64,000 nt of DNA from an uncultured delta proteobacterium (lineage in GTDB: Bacteria > Desulfobacterota > Desulfomonilia > Desulfomonilales > Desulfomonilaceae): positions 268,586 through 332,585 of the forward strand of contig CAWBKB010000004.1 in the NCBI GenBank assembly GCA_963789265.1, given 5' to 3'. The notes below the pieces were generated by a model, which was not told the DNA's origin, did not search any database, and saw only the letters and a program-made list of their open reading frames with translations. The position numbers and the translations under genes were made by a program. This document shows positions 37,047-47,630 of the stretch, one piece after another (the first letter of the stretch is position 1; the number at the start of each line of letters is the position of its first letter).

Positions 37047-37505
37047 TCAGCCGGCCCCTTCTCCTGCTGAGGGATTGACGTTCCAGTCGAGCCAGTAAGA
37101 TTCAAGCTCTCGCATCAGTTCGGAGAGTTTCCTAAACTCTAACGGTTTCACCAGATAACTGTTTGCATGATAATCATAAGCCATGTTTACGTCGCTCCCT
37201 GCCTGGGAACTTGTCAAAACCACAACCGGAATTCGGCGTAACCCTTCGGTCTGTTTTATTTCCTTGAGGACCTCCAAGCCATCTACCTTGGGTAAGCGAA
37301 GGTCCAAGAGAACCAGATGGGGCCGCGGACTTTTGTGCGGATCGCTGTATTGGCCTCGTCGCAGGAGGTAATCCAGCGCAGTTTCTCCATCGGTCACATG
37401 ATGAATCAAGTGGGATGTCTTGGGAGGCTTGAAACTGCGCATTACTATCTCCGCATGATCTTCGTTATCCTCGACCAGCAAAATCATTAGAGCTTCACCA
37501 TCCAT
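37047..37505 (-). CDS. Rcp1-like single-domain response regulator (paralog)
   Basis: Same motifs as 36515-36973; GGAGG RBS. Confidence 0.9.
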   Translation of the reverse strand: MDGEALMILLVEDNEDHAEIVMRSFKPPKTSHLIHHVTDGETALDYLLRRGQYSDPHKSPRPHLVLLDLRLPKVDGLEVLKEIKQTEGLRRIPVVVLTSSQAGSDVNMAYDYHANSYLVKPLEFRKLSELMRELESYWLDWNVNPSAGEGAG

Positions 37506-37518
37506 GGTCTTGCCTCCC

Positions 37519-40500
37519 TTACTCACCACCAAACGATACAGGACGAGGCAAAGTAAAACAAAACGCGGAGCCCTTTCCCATGCCTTCGGATTCTACCCAA
37601 ATGCGGCCTCCATGCACTTCGACTATTCGCTTGACCAGGGCCAGTCCGATCCCGGTCCCTTCAGTGTTTTGATCCAACTTATTAAACAGCCCGAATACTT
37701 TCTCCTGGTATAGAGGGTTGATACCTATTCCGTTGTCTCTAACAAAAAGAACCGTCTCTCCGCCATCCTTTCGGCTGCCAACTTCGATCTTCGGAAGCGA
37801 CTGATTGCCCATGAATTTCACTGAATTTTCTATCAGGTTTTGAAATACTTCCAGAACACGCGGTCGGTCAACGTACAGGACGGGCAGGTCCCGAGCTATA
37901 TTCACTTCCAGCCCGTGTTGCGGAATTCTTCCGGACAGTAGTTCCAGAGCTTCATTTGCCAGGTCCCTCATAGGTACTTCCGACGGCGGATTGAACATCC
38001 GGCCAACTCGCGAAAGTTCCAGAATCTCGCCCAGTAGCTGTCCCATCTTTTCGGCTGCCTTGTCGATACGATTTAAGTCGGATTTCACATCTTCCATATT
38101 CCCGTTGGCGATGTTCTCATCGACAAATCCCAAGAAAGTCCGGATGGTGATCAGGGGGCTCCTCAAGTCGTGAGAAACCGAATAGGTGAATCGTTCCAAT
38201 TCGGCGTTCTTGGCTTCCAATTCCGTAATCAATCTTTCGCGCTCTATCTCGGCTAGTTTTGCCTCTGTGATGTCCCTGTCGAATCCGGCGACCCCGCCAA
38301 CTATGCCGTTGGAGTCAAGAACAGGGTAGAAACTGGTGTAATAGAATCGGCCGTCTTTCTCGTCGTCGAATCGAACTGCAATGCCGCTTTGAATTACTTC
38401 ATCAAATTTCGCCCTGCTCTTGGCCTCAACAGCCGGCGCCAATATATCAGAGAGAGGCTTCCCTAAAAGCTCGTGACTGCTCTTCCCCATTCTTGTCGCG
38501 GTCGCTTCGTTCAAGGCAACAAAAGACCAGTCCGCGGACAGGAGGAAAACGGAATCTGTGCTGGCATTAAGTATCGCCTCGATATCCCTGTTTCTTTTTG
38601 CCAGGGCTTCTTCTGCCTTCTTGCGAGCACTAATATCGCGAGCTGCTGCAAACAAGCCGATAACATTGCCCGCCTCGTCGGAATAGACAGACGCATTGTA
38701 GGTCACCTGGGTCAGTTCCCCGCTCTTGTGCCGGATCTCCAATTCATAATCCCGCACGGAGCCATCCCTGAAAGCCTGTTGATATCCTTCTCTTGCCCTT
38801 GAAGAATCAGTGAAATAGTCGGCGAAATCGGTGCCGATGAGTTCGTCTCGCGAACAACCGGTGACTCGCTCGGTCCCGGTGTTGACGTCCGTGATCTTTC
38901 CGTCCGCGCTGATTGTGACTAGAGGATCCAGACTGGCCTCGATGAGGCTGCGGTTATATGCACTGGCTGCCTGCAAGGCTTCTTCGGCACGCTTACGGTC
39001 ACTCATATCGCGAGCCGCTGCAAAGACACCTTTTATCTCGCCTGACTCGTCCTGGTATACCGACGCGTTGTACATAACCGGAGTTAATTGGCTGTTTTTG
39101 TGACGGATCTCCAATTCATAGTCCTTCACCAAACCGTCTCTGAAGACCTGCTGGTATCCGGCCCTGGCCTTTTCCGGATCGGTGAAATAGTCGGCAAAAT
39201 CCGTTCCGATGAGTTCAATTCTTGAACAACCGGTGACTCGTTCGGTGCCTGTGTTGACGTCGGTGACCTTTCCTTCGGCACTGATAGTGACCAGAGGGTC
39301 CAGACTGGCCTCGATGAGGCTGCGGTTATACGCGCTGGCCGCCTGCAATGCCTTTTCGGCACGCTTACGGTCGCTCATGTCGCGAGCTGCCGCAAACACA
39401 CCCGTAATTTCTCCGGACTCGTCACGATACACGGAGGCATTGTACATTACCGGCGTCAACTGCCCGTGCTTATGGCGGATCTCCAATTCGTAGTCCTTCA
39501 CCAAACCGTCTCTGAAGACCTGCTGGTACCCGGCCCTGGCTTTTTCGGGATCGGTGAAATAGTCCGCGAAATCCGTATCGATGAGTTCAATTCTTGAATA
39601 ACCTGTGACTCGCTCGGTCCCGGTATTGACGTCTGTGATCTTTCCTTCGGCACTGATAGTAACCAGAGGGTCTAAACTTGCCTCGATGAGACTGCGGTTA
39701 TATGAGCTGGCTGCCTGTAAAGCCTTTTCAGCACGCTTCCTCTCGGTGATGTCCCGGGCTGCGGCAAAAAGGCCGGTAATTCTGCCCGATTCATCCCGGT
39801 ACACCGACGCGTTGTACATGACGGGAGTCAATTCTCCGTTCTTGTTACGGATCTCCAATTCATAGTCTCTCACCGAACCGTCCCTGAAAGCCTGCTGGTA
39901 TCCCTCCCTAGCTCTCGATGGATCGGTGAAATAATTTGCGAAGTCAGTGTCGATCAGCTCTTCTCTGGAATAGCCTGTAACCCGCTCCGTTGCCGTATTG
40001 ACGTCTGTGACCTTTCCTTCCCCGCTGATCGTCACCAGTGGATCCAAACTTGCTTCAATGAGGCTGCGATTGTATGCACTGGCCCCCTGCAAGGCCCTTT
40101 CAGCGGCCTTCCTCTCGGTAATGTCCCGGGCGGCGGCAAAAAGGCCCGTAATTGTGTCGGCCTCGTCCCGGTACACTGACGCGTTGTACATTACCGGAGT
40201 TAAATCTCCGTTTCTGTGACGGATCTCCAATTCATAATCCGTTACCGAACCATCTCTGAAAGCCTTTTGATAGCCAGTCCTGGCTTTCCGAGGATCGGTG
40301 AAGTAGTCCGCGAAGTCCGTCCCAATGAGTTCGTTTCGTGAACGACCTGTCACTCGCTCTGTAGCAGTGTTTACATCGGTGACTTTTCCTTCCGCGCTGA
40401 TTGTAACTAGTGGGTCCAGGCTCGCTTCAATCAAACTGCGGCTGTATGCACTGGCCCTCTGCAGTGCCTCTTCGGCACGCTTCCGGTCGCTGATGTCGCG

Positions 40501-41304
40501 GGCGATGGTCGAAGCTCCGACGATTTCACCAGCCTGATTCTTGATCGGTGAGACGGTGACGGAAACATCGATTAGCGTGCGAGCTTTATCAATTCGCTTG
40601 GTTTCATAGTGTTCGACGATGCCGCTTTCTTTGATCCTGGCGAGGATTGTAGGTATTTCGTCCCGGCGGTCGGACGGCACCACGACGGAAATGGACTTAC
40701 CAATGGCTTCCTCAGCCGAATAACCGTACATTTTTTCGGCAGCAGCGTTCCAACTGAGGATGTTGCCTTCCAGCGTCTTTCCGATTATGGCGTCATCCGA
40801 GGATTCCACTATGGATGCCAAGAATGCTCTATCCGCGCTCGCTTCGATCAGGCTTCGGCTATATTCGCTGGCCCTCTGCATTGCCTCTTCTGCACGCTTT
40901 TTGTCACTTATGTCGCGAGCGATGGTCGAAGCTCCTACAATTTCACCCTTGTAATCCTTAATTGGGGAGACGGTCACAGAAACATCAATTTGTCCCCCTT
41001 CCTTATTCATGCGTTTGGTCTCATAATGTTCGACTCGTTCACCCTGCTTAATTCTAGCAAGAATTTTGGGTATTTCTTCCGGGTGATCAGGCGGCACAAC
41101 GATGAAAATAGATTTACCTATAGCCTCTTCTGCGGAGTAGCCGTACATTTTCTCGGCTGCATGGTTCCAGGTGAGGATGATGCCGTCGAGCGTCTTTCCG
41201 ATGATGGCGTCATCCGAGGATTCCACTATGGAAGCCAAGTAGGCCTTCTCCGCTAAGACATTGCCCTGTACCGGGGCCGTACCGAAATCACGTACATCCG
41301 CCAT
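37519..41304 (-). CDS. Cytoplasmic multi-PAS (8) histidine kinase
   Basis: Two ASIVESSDD PAS, five SLIEASLDPLVT PAS and one further PAS; YSVSHDLRSPL, NLIENS, DNGIG, GTGIGL; no TM segment. Confidence 0.93.
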   Translation of the reverse strand: MADVRDFGTAPVQGNVLAEKAYLASIVESSDDAIIGKTLDGIILTWNHAAEKMYGYSAEEAIGKSIFIVVPPDHPEEIPKILARIKQGERVEHYETKRMNKEGGQIDVSVTVSPIKDYKGEIVGASTIARDISDKKRAEEAMQRASEYSRSLIEASADRAFLASIVESSDDAIIGKTLEGNILSWNAAAEKMYGYSAEEAIGKSISVVVPSDRRDEIPTILARIKESGIVEHYETKRIDKARTLIDVSVTVSPIKNQAGEIVGASTIARDISDRKRAEEALQRASAYSRSLIEASLDPLVTISAEGKVTDVNTATERVTGRSRNELIGTDFADYFTDPRKARTGYQKAFRDGSVTDYELEIRHRNGDLTPVMYNASVYRDEADTITGLFAAARDITERKAAERALQGASAYNRSLIEASLDPLVTISGEGKVTDVNTATERVTGYSREELIDTDFANYFTDPSRAREGYQQAFRDGSVRDYELEIRNKNGELTPVMYNASVYRDESGRITGLFAAARDITERKRAEKALQAASSYNRSLIEASLDPLVTISAEGKITDVNTGTERVTGYSRIELIDTDFADYFTDPEKARAGYQQVFRDGLVKDYELEIRHKHGQLTPVMYNASVYRDESGEITGVFAAARDMSDRKRAEKALQAASAYNRSLIEASLDPLVTISAEGKVTDVNTGTERVTGCSRIELIGTDFADYFTDPEKARAGYQQVFRDGLVKDYELEIRHKNSQLTPVMYNASVYQDESGEIKGVFAAARDMSDRKRAEEALQAASAYNRSLIEASLDPLVTISADGKITDVNTGTERVTGCSRDELIGTDFADYFTDSSRAREGYQQAFRDGSVRDYELEIRHKSGELTQVTYNASVYSDEAGNVIGLFAAARDISARKKAEEALAKRNRDIEAILNASTDSVFLLSADWSFVALNEATATRMGKSSHELLGKPLSDILAPAVEAKSRAKFDEVIQSGIAVRFDDEKDGRFYYTSFYPVLDSNGIVGGVAGFDRDITEAKLAEIERERLITELEAKNAELERFTYSVSHDLRSPLITIRTFLGFVDENIANGNMEDVKSDLNRIDKAAEKMGQLLGEILELSRVGRMFNPPSEVPMRDLANEALELLSGRIPQHGLEVNIARDLPVLYVDRPRVLEVFQNLIENSVKFMGNQSLPKIEVGSRKDGGETVLFVRDNGIGINPLYQEKVFGLFNKLDQNTEGTGIGLALVKRIVEVHGGRIWVESEGMGKGSAFCFTLPRPVSFGGE

Positions 41305-42079
41305 TATGCGAACCTCCAGTGCTCAAAAGGAATCGTTGCATCATTGGTCTCCCTAAATGAAATTGAAGAAATCAGGTGGAGTATATCTTCGGCGTATTTT
41401 CGGGGCATGGCAATCACCTCGGTGCTAAGACCATTTTGCCCAAGCAGGCGCAAGAGGAGAGCTAGAGCTACTTTCGCGCCGGGGCGAGATCCCGATTAAA
41501 TGCCGGTCACATATTTTCAGCACTATATCATCAACGCGGGTAATTACACAGATGGGACTTGGTAACTGTCGGGAAGCTGTCGTTTGCCCCGTAACAGTAC
41601 AAAAAATGGACTGGCTCCGGCACAAGTAAAATACGGAAAGTCACTGCATGTTAATGGAGCGAGTGAAGTTAGTCAACCTCAACTTGATTGGACTGGTAAA
41701 GTAATCCCTCGGCCGCGGGGGCGACAGAGCGGACGTCTGTCGAGTCAAGACGTCAGCGGGAGCCTCGATCATAGCCCGAGTCGCGGGAAGACAAGCAATC
41801 CCGCGTTATGCGGGGCCTTTCCACCGGCGAGTTTACTTTTCCGGGCGGTGGGATTTTCGCCCCAACAATATCATGTTAAGAATTATATACCTGTATAATT
41901 GCCATGTTATATTGAATGTGAACTTTTAACTTGACGTAAACTTAAAGTGTTGCTACGGAAACTGAGACCATTATGCGGGGTTCATGAATTAATTTTCTGG
42001 ACCTAAATGGTAATTCAATCGAATATGCCATAATTCTTCCGTCAAACGCTGTGCAACACTGGGGAAAAGGAGAGTTAAA

Positions 42080-42703
42080 GTGAAAAAGAGCATAATCGCG
42101 GCTATTGTTCTCGTGGCGGTATCGGCACTAATCGCAGAGGCTTCTGAAAACATTGTCGCACTGGCCGATCGGGTGGTCGTTGACCGATCCACGCATAGCA
42201 AAGTGCTTAACGACTACACACTTCTCACGCGGGACACCATCCAACGTGTCTGGACCACTCCAACCACTCTGAACAAGCCGGGCAATCTCAAAGGCCGGGT
42301 CGGCGTCGACTACACCATTACCAGGAGCGGCGCCCTCGAGTCGGTGCGCTTGGTTCGGAGTTCGGGCAACCCTGACATGGACCGCACGTTGTTGGATGCC
42401 ATACGATCGGCTGCGCCTTTCCCGCCCTTTCCAAACAAGATCGCAGCGCGACGGCTGGTGATACGGGCCAATTTTATTGTAGCCGACGTGCCGACAATCC
42501 CGGTAACAATGGTCGAACATGAGGTTCAAAGCAGCAAACCATCCCTGGACGCAGCGTCCGGCAAAGACACCAAGAAATTTATATGGGGCGCCCCGGCCGG
42601 CACTGCCGCGGAAAAGACACCTTCAGTCGAAAAGGGATTCCCGCCGGCACCTCTCCAGAAGAAGTACCACTGGGGTGCGGACATTCAGCCGGGGAATGAC
42701 TGA
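42080..42703 (+). CDS. TonB/TolA C-terminal-domain protein
   Basis: Signal/anchor; ITRSG..RSSG..D..AI..AAPFPPFP. Confidence 0.75.
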   Translation: MKKSIIAAIVLVAVSALIAEASENIVALADRVVVDRSTHSKVLNDYTLLTRDTIQRVWTTPTTLNKPGNLKGRVGVDYTITRSGALESVRLVRSSGNPDMDRTLLDAIRSAAPFPPFPNKIAARRLVIRANFIVADVPTIPVTMVEHEVQSSKPSLDAASGKDTKKFIWGAPAGTAAEKTPSVEKGFPPAPLQKKYHWGADIQPGND

Positions 42704-42808
42704 AGGCTTCTAATATCAGTGCTCCCTCAAACAAGTAATAATCATGGAATGTTATGGTTGGGCAGTACCCCGCGGAACGTGAAGTCACCTCGGACTTCGC
42801 CCATAGGC

Positions 42809-42962
42809 GCTAACTTAAAGCAATTTTCTTTCCTTTGAACAGGGTCCCGTGCCATCAAAGTCCCCCTTTTCTAAAGGGGGATTTAGGGGAATTTTCAAAG
42901 AGTTAGACCAAAATCCCCCCTAACCCTCCTTTACAAAAGGGGGGCAAAATCCTTAAGTTAGC
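42809..42962. mobile_element. MITE-like element with inner CCCCCTTTT..AAAGGGGG palindromes
   Basis: 10 bp IR GCTAACTTAA / TTAAGTTAGC; segment 42855-42889 recurs almost exactly at 836-870. Confidence 0.6.
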
Positions 42963-43178
42963 CCTTTTCCACGATCTCTCCCATACTAAGCAGATTCCTG
43001 CCTCGGCCCCATCATTTAAGGTTGCGCTCACCGCCGAGCCGTTATATAGAATCGGGTATTCAGAGGTCCCTCAAGAATCACGTTGTTCGCTATAGAGGTA
43101 GCTTTTCGCTATTTGCGGGCTTCGTACCACTTGAGGACTGCAAGTCAAATGACTGTCGGCAACAGTACAGGGTGAAGC

Positions 43179-43376
43179 ATGGCTGTAAATCAAAAGTTGT
43201 TGGAAATATTGGTTTGTCCCAAGTGCAAAGGGGATCTCGTTCTTACAGAGGCCGAAGATGGGCTTATTTGTCATGCCTGCCGGCTGAAGTACGAGATCAA
43301 AGATGACATACCAATAATGCTTATCGATGAAGCTATTCCACTCGACCGAGAGGAGGAAACACCGAAAACCGAATGA
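43179..43376 (+). CDS. Trm112/YcaR-family protein
   Basis: LLEILVCPKCKG..C..C..YEIKDDIPIML. Confidence 0.9.
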   Translation: MAVNQKLLEILVCPKCKGDLVLTEAEDGLICHACRLKYEIKDDIPIMLIDEAIPLDREEETPKTE

Positions 43377-43404
43377 TGAGGATGCCTCAGCCCGGGAGTG
43401 TGGG

Positions 43405-44403
43405 ATGGCTGCAGACACGCAGAAGAGCAACAGCCCACGTGTAAATATCTTCCTGGAATATCTTGTATACTTACTGTTTCGCCTGGCGGAAGAAGCCATC
43501 TGTCTGATGCCTGACGACCGAACTACTTTGGCTGTGGGTCGTTTCTTTGGCCGCCTGATGTTCATGTTGGGGGGGAACCGCAGGGAGGCAGCCCTGGAAA
43601 ACCTCACAGTTGCCTTTGGACAGGAGCGAAGCCCGCAGGAAATCCGGCAGATCGCTCTCAGGAATCTTGAACATCTCGGAATGTTGGGCGTGGAGTTTTT
43701 CAGGATCAGACGCTGGTCTCAGGATAAACTGGCCGAAAAGCTGATAATTGGGTGCAAACATAATTTTGATTTGGCTTGGTTCCCCAGCGGAAAAGGCATC
43801 TTTTACGGTACCGCTCACTTCGGCAGTTTCGAGGTTTTGGCAGCGATGAGCCGGTTCATGGGCTTAAAGGGTAAGCTCGTCGTCACTGCAGCCCCCAACA
43901 GATTCGTCAACCGAAACATGTTCTTCCGTCGCGGGGGCGACGAGAGTGGTTTGAACATTTTGCCTCATCGCGGTATTGTTCATCCTGTACTTCGTTGTCT
44001 GCACGAAGGCGAAATGGTGGTTGTGCTGGCAGATCAAAGGGGCGATGATGCTCGACCTGTTTGGGTCGATTTCTTCGGGAGAAAGGTATTGGCAAATGGG
44101 GTATTTGCACGCTTCGCTTCCGAAAGCGACGCGTACGTGTTTTCTATTGTTTGCATCTGCACGTAGGACGAGAAGTATCGCTGCATTTTCGGTGAAGAGA
44201 TACCTATTCAAAGGACGGATGACAAAGGCAACGACTTGGTGGTAAATTCCCAGCGTTTTCATGAGGTATTCGAGGCGTGGCTAAGGGCATATCCCGGACA
44301 GGGTTTTTGGATGCATCGGAAATTCAAGAGGAAGAACGGGAAACGCAGAAGAATGGAAGCCCCTGCGGCGTTGCCCGCTCGCCGAATGCAATATGACGGA
44401 TAA
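43405..44403 (+). CDS. Lipid A acyltransferase (LpxL/HtrB family) with an in-frame TAG at 44164-44166
   Basis: AHFGSFE, LADQ, VDFFG; after the TAG the same frame continues to YPGQGFWMHRKF and TAA at 44401-44403. Confidence 0.8.
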
Positions 44404-45484
44404 AGTTAGACCTCCAGCGCTACCTTCACGCATTGTCGTCAGAGGAACAAACTGGGTTGGCGACACTGTAATGAGTGTGCCCGCGATCAAGGAGTTAAGG
44501 AGAATTTTTCCTTCGACCCGGATCACTTTTTGGGTCAGGTCCGGACTGGCGCCTTTAGTGGCAGCGACAGGGGTTCCTGACGACTTGATTTCCTTCGACG
44601 GCAATTCCGGCGGCCCGATGCAAAGGCCGTTCCGTATGCGGGGCAAACTTGCCTCGGGCAAATTCGATATGTCGGTACATCTACAGAATGCCTTTGAGAG
44701 CGCATTCAGCTCTTGGCTGGCAAGAATACCTTTGAGGGCAGGCTATCCAACCGATCTTCGAGGTCCTCTTCTCAATATTAGAATCCCTCTGACCAGACGG
44801 ATCAAGAGCAAACATCAGGTATTTTACTATCTTGCCATAACGAGGTTCCTGGAAGTCTATTTCACGGACAGAGACAAATCTGCCGAAGAGGCTCCCGATT
44901 GCTCCATTCCCGTCAGGCGAGAGGATTGCTCCAGGGCCCAAGATCTTATTGCATCTCGCGGGGCGAGACTCGATCGCCCAGTCGTTTGTCTTTGTCCAGG
45001 ATCGGTGAATTCTGAGGCAAAGAGATGGCCCGGCGAAAATTTTGCCCGCCTGGCGGATCTTCTCACCGACCGAATGGGGGCGCAGGTAGTATTTCTAGGG
45101 TCACCTCAGGAAGAAGCCCTTGTTGAAGGAATCATGTCAATGGTTCGGAATTCGAGCGCCGTCCATCTTGTGGGATCTGATATGATGACTTCCATGGCTG
45201 TCATGAAGCAGTCCGAGCTGGTGATTTCCAACGACACGGGTAGTGCTCATCTGGCCGTGGCATCATGCGCGCGGGTCCTGACTATCTTCGGACCAACCAA
45301 CCCCGGCGCTACTGCACCATACGGAGCTGATACTCACATCATACAGGGCAATGCCCCGTGCGCTCCTTGCCGCCATTTCCGCTGCCCTTTCAAGGATCAT
45401 CCTTGCATGAGAAGCGTCGATCCCGAAGCAGTTCTCGGTAAGGCAGAGGAAATTGTGTCCGGATTCTCGCGTCCTCGGAAATGA
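44393..45484 (+). CDS. waaF: LPS heptosyltransferase II (GT9)
   Basis: NWVGDTVM, AKRWP, NDTG..HLA, IFGPT, PCAPC. Confidence 0.88.
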   Translation: MTDKVRPPALPSRIVVRGTNWVGDTVMSVPAIKELRRIFPSTRITFWVRSGLAPLVAATGVPDDLISFDGNSGGPMQRPFRMRGKLASGKFDMSVHLQNAFESAFSSWLARIPLRAGYPTDLRGPLLNIRIPLTRRIKSKHQVFYYLAITRFLEVYFTDRDKSAEEAPDCSIPVRREDCSRAQDLIASRGARLDRPVVCLCPGSVNSEAKRWPGENFARLADLLTDRMGAQVVFLGSPQEEALVEGIMSMVRNSSAVHLVGSDMMTSMAVMKQSELVISNDTGSAHLAVASCARVLTIFGPTNPGATAPYGADTHIIQGNAPCAPCRHFRCPFKDHPCMRSVDPEAVLGKAEEIVSGFSRPRK

Positions 45485-45500
45485 CGCGGCTACGCGAAAG

Positions 45501-46400
45501 ATGGAATCGGAAACTCACCCGTTGATAAGCGTAATAATTCCGACGTTCAATGGAGTCAATCTCCTGAAGGAAACAGTCGAGTCGGTAAGGAGTCAGACTT
45601 TCCGGGACTTCGAAATTATAGTTGTAAATGATGGGTCCACGGACGGGACGCGGGAGTGGTTGCAGGCTCAGAGTGACGCGCGCTGGCTGGAACAAGAAAA
45701 CAGTGGAATTGCAACTTCGCGAAACAACGGCGCGGCGGCTGCACAAGGTGCGTGGTTCGCTTTCCTGGACCATGACGACCTGTGGGCGCCCGAAAAGCTC
45801 AAAATCCAAGCCGATTTTGTCTTACAAAATCCTGATGTTGCATTAGTCGCAGCCCGGCACATCAGGCTCGGCAAAAAATTCCGTAGCCCGCGGAGGCGGA
45901 CATGGATCAAGGGGGACCTCCTAGTCAAGGAGTTCAGTGAAAGTTTCATTCACACCTCTTCTGTTATGATACGCAGGGACGTTTTCAAGGAGATTGGCGG
46001 GTTTCAACCCCACTATCGCTTTGCTGACGAGTTCGATGTATGGTTAAAAATCGCAGCATCCTACCCGATAGCTTACGTGGACGAGCCGCTGGTATTTATC
46101 CGGGTTCATGAGGCGAACACAAGCCACAACCGGGTTGGCGTTCGTCACGACACCTATGATATCCTTCTAAGGCAGTATAATCCCGCTCGTATCCCTGTAC
46201 GGATCTTTATGAGGACTGTCTCGGATCATGACATTTCCTTTGGTAGGGCCCATCTTAACTCCGGAAACATGTCTGAGGCTGTTAGCTGGTTTCGCCGATC
46301 GGTTCGGAGGACTCCTCTCCGGCTGCGAAGCTGGCGATACTACCTGCGATACTCCATAGCTCATGCCTTGCAGCGGACATACGGCAAACAGGTCAAATAG
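45501..46400 (+). CDS. Family 2 glycosyltransferase
   Basis: SVIIPTFN, VNDGSTD, SRNNG, FLDHDD. Confidence 0.9.
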   Translation: MESETHPLISVIIPTFNGVNLLKETVESVRSQTFRDFEIIVVNDGSTDGTREWLQAQSDARWLEQENSGIATSRNNGAAAAQGAWFAFLDHDDLWAPEKLKIQADFVLQNPDVALVAARHIRLGKKFRSPRRRTWIKGDLLVKEFSESFIHTSSVMIRRDVFKEIGGFQPHYRFADEFDVWLKIAASYPIAYVDEPLVFIRVHEANTSHNRVGVRHDTYDILLRQYNPARIPVRIFMRTVSDHDISFGRAHLNSGNMSEAVSWFRRSVRRTPLRLRSWRYYLRYSIAHALQRTYGKQVK

Positions 46401-46431
46401 TAGATTCCAGTCCAGCCTGACACGGGACAGA

Positions 46432-47337
46432 GTGTTGAATACTTCTTTCGAAATTCACCCTGAAGCGTCAACAATCCTCAATTGCGACGAAGAGGACCTA
46501 CCCGAATTTGCGTTGAAGGCTATTGAGAAGCATGCGCGCCTCCTTCGAACGAACAGTGGAGCAATTCGGAAGGATGCCCCTGAGAGTGCGGTAACTTTGG
46601 TGGACTTACTCGAATTTCCGCGAGTTTGTGTTAAGGAATTTCGGTGGAGAGGATGGCTTCATGCGTTGAAAGGGTTGTTCCGGCCTACACAGGGACTGAG
46701 GACGTACCGGAACGGGCGCCGATTGTCTCAGATGGGAATCAGTTGTGCACGACCGCTTGCTTTGATTCGGCAGCGTATTTTCGGAATTGTGCAGTCGGAA
46801 TGGGTTATTATGGAGATAGTCCCGGACGCCCTGGAGTTGGATCGATACATAACCCAACGGGTCGCCGACGGGTGGACACCGGATGAGAAAAGAGGGCTGG
46901 CCAGGCTGTTCGGGCGATTTGTCGGAACAATCCACGCCCGAGGGGTCTTTCATTCGGATTTGAAGACTTGCAATATTGTCGTGTCCACGCACGGTTCATC
47001 AGCTCAGACAGGCTCAGACCCGTTGGAGTCTAGTGCGCGGCCGTTTGCTACCTCGTGGAACGCCGTTGGCTTCTCGTTGTTGGACTATGATGACGTCAGC
47101 ATTTCTAGTGAAGTCACGGACAAAAAACGTGTCAAAAACCTGGCCCAAATATTCTTGTCCGTTCCTGTCTCCGTCAAAGCGTCCCAACGGCTGTTGTTTT
47201 TCAATGAATATGCTTTGCATGCGGGATTGGGGCGCAAGCGTAAGCGCGAAATCGCCCGGGGGGTTATCAAAGCGGCCTGGGGAAAAGAGATCCTTTACGT
47301 GGGATTCGATGGGGACGTTCGAGAGAGATGGAACTGA
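46432..47337 (+). CDS. LPS kinase (Kdo/WaaP/InaA family); start uncertain
   Basis: VCVKEF, HSDLKTCNI, LLDYD; LPS gene context. Confidence 0.75.
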   Translation: MLNTSFEIHPEASTILNCDEEDLPEFALKAIEKHARLLRTNSGAIRKDAPESAVTLVDLLEFPRVCVKEFRWRGWLHALKGLFRPTQGLRTYRNGRRLSQMGISCARPLALIRQRIFGIVQSEWVIMEIVPDALELDRYITQRVADGWTPDEKRGLARLFGRFVGTIHARGVFHSDLKTCNIVVSTHGSSAQTGSDPLESSARPFATSWNAVGFSLLDYDDVSISSEVTDKKRVKNLAQIFLSVPVSVKASQRLLFFNEYALHAGLGRKRKREIARGVIKAAWGKEILYVGFDGDVRERWN

Positions 47338-47381
47338 GTTGATTCACTTTTCGTCGCAGGTGCCTCCGAATCTATGATATG

Positions 47382-47630
47382 CTAACCGACGATAATGAGG
47401 GGTTTCTGCTCCCCTTTGACGATTTTATCACCCACCGATGTGCCGCAATTGACACAAAGATATTCGTACTTTTCTCCTTCAGGAAGCACCAGCAGAAGGC
47501 GCTCCCGTACGGGCATTGCCCTGCGACACTTCGGACAATACAACTCGGTAGCGCGAAATTTCTCAAATTGCTTTTGTTTTGGTGCCGCACGTCGGGGCAT
47601 CTCTGATTTTCGTGTGACAAATCGCTGCAT
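47382..47630 (-). CDS. Small zinc-ribbon cytoplasmic protein
   Basis: CPKC and CVNCG pairs; AGGAG RBS. Confidence 0.7.
   Translation of the reverse strand: MQRFVTRKSEMPRRAAPKQKQFEKFRATELYCPKCRRAMPVRERLLLVLPEGEKYEYLCVNCGTSVGDKIVKGEQKPLIIVG

Noticed and set aside
38570..40450. Regular 372 bp periodicity as a CRISPR-like or non-coding array
   Set aside because: The repeats are in-frame PAS domains of one kinase, with no unique spacers.
41560..41600. Minus-strand GGGCAAAC...CAGTTACC resembling a c-di-GMP-I riboswitch
   Set aside because: The GAAA-capped P2 stem and the GCAAAG/P3 elements are missing.
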